Shown piece after piece: positions 31,503 to 32,000 of a DNA stretch of 32,000 bases. The notes beneath the pieces were generated by a model that saw nothing but the letters and a program-made list of their open reading frames with translations, had not been told where the DNA came from and made no database searches. Every line of letters starts with the position of its first letter. Positions within the stretch are counted from its first letter, which is position 1. A program made the translations under genes and the position numbers. This stretch comes from Nostoc punctiforme PCC 73102 (GTDB lineage Bacteria; Cyanobacteriota; Cyanobacteriia; Cyanobacteriales; Nostocaceae): NCBI RefSeq assembly GCF_000020025.1, contig NC_010628.1, forward strand, positions 3,810,001 to 3,842,000, in the 5' to 3' direction.

Positions 31503-32000
31503 TCAGAGTTTACCAGACATTTTACCTAGGCTGGCAACAACGGCAATTAACTCAGCTGCTCTAACTGGTTTAGCAACATGTAGCTGAAATCCTGCCGCTA
31601 ATGCTTCTTTATAATCTTCTACCCTGGCGTATCCCGTCAGTGCAATAGCAGGAATCCGCCCGCCTAGCTCTGGTTCAAGTTTTCTGATTTTACGCATCAG
31701 CGCGTAGCCATCCTCACCTGGCATCCCAATGTCGCTGATTAACACATCTGGATGTAATTTTTCTAGTGCCTCAAGTGCCTGTCCTGTAGAGCTAAAAGCA
31801 CTAACTTCTGCTCCACACTCTTCGAGTACTGCGGTAATCCACTGCCGCACATCTGCCTCGTCATCTACAACCAATACCCGCAAGCCACTAAGAGGATTGG
31901 GGACTGGGGATTGGGGATTGGGGGCTGGGGACTGGGAAAAGAAGTGTAAATTATTGTCTCCTGCCCCTCTGCTTCCCTGCTCCTCGGTCACTGAGCGTAG
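31503..32000 (-). CDS. C-terminal receiver (REC) domain, most likely the end of a hybrid histidine kinase that runs off the right edge
   Basis: REC motifs are LRVLVVDDE, VLISDIGMPGEDG, ALTGYA and HVAKP. The frame is still open upstream of the track's GTG at 31991 (…LRSVTEEQ…), so the 5' end lies outside the window. Confidence 0.85.
   Translation of the reverse strand, partial: LRSVTEEQGSRGAGDNNLHFFSQSPAPNPQSPVPNPLSGLRVLVVDDEADVRQWITAVLEECGAEVSAFSSTGQALEALEKLHPDVLISDIGMPGEDGYALMRKIRKLEPELGGRIPAIALTGYARVEDYKEALAAGFQLHVAKPVRAAELIAVVASLGKMSGKL
31896..31937. repeat. STRR-type heptamer tandem repeat, six units of (A/G)(T/C)TGGG(G/A), reverse complement CCCCA(A/G)T, inside coding sequence
   Basis: The units are ATTGGGG ACTGGGG ATTGGGG ATTGGGG GCTGGGG ACTGGGA. 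On the reverse strand the array encodes SQSPAPNPQSPVPNP in the linker before the REC domain. Confidence 0.85.

Noticed and set aside
1-32000. tRNA, rRNA, prophage, toxin-antitoxin, restriction-modification, retron/DGR or other defence modules
   Set aside because: I saw no T-loop/GTTCGAATC-type tRNA signatures, no rRNA-like sequence, and no reverse transcriptase, nuclease/ATPase or phage structural gene signatures in any of the six-frame ORFs.

Overview
This 32-kb chromosomal segment looks like a filamentous (Nostocales-type) cyanobacterium. I counted by eye at least 18 copies of the HIP1 octamer GCGATCGC. There are also heptameric STRR-type tandem repeats, SLH and PRC-barrel/DUF2382 (AvaK-like) proteins, and sucrose-phosphate-synthase-like genes. 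About 24 protein-coding loci are present: a partial CHASE3 sensor, a class A PBP, an Rrf2 regulator, a TauE/DUF1634 pair, an OmpR-type regulator, a GT4 SPS-like plus SPP-like pair, a PgpH-like 7TM-HD hydrolase, a PRC-barrel protein and an SLH protein. A tight same-strand membrane cluster follows (DUF389, voltage-sensor channel, MscS, DUF2254, small membrane protein, HtrA), then an AI-2E transporter, a REC-wHTH-HPt-REC-REC regulator, a beta-barrel OMP and a partial hybrid-kinase receiver. I saw no rRNA, tRNA, CRISPR array or recognisable phage or defence module. Four things stand out. (1) Gene decay is dense and recent. Two IS4-family elements with clean target duplications split dacB and a DUF4336 gene, and both transposases are frameshifted. 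Three host genes carry single in-frame stop codons with long open frames behind them. The SPP-like phosphatase has lost two catalytic Asp residues, and a relic copy of its 3' end lies on the other side of the PgpH-like gene. (2) Two paralogous ~145-nt intergenic cassettes each have a conserved 51-mer, an extended -10, a CU-rich core and a terminator hairpin whose sequence differs between copies but still pairs. They look like an unnamed sRNA or leader family and begin with 11-bp-phased ACCGAT repeats. The same repeats form a promoter-like array upstream of the SPS-like operon, next to the OmpR-type regulator. (3) MITEs and very small dispersed repeats are numerous, and some are inserted in frame inside receiver domains. 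(4) Heptamer tandem repeats sit at the 5' end of a channel gene and inside a coding linker. All alignments and counts were done by hand from the sequence. No database was searched.
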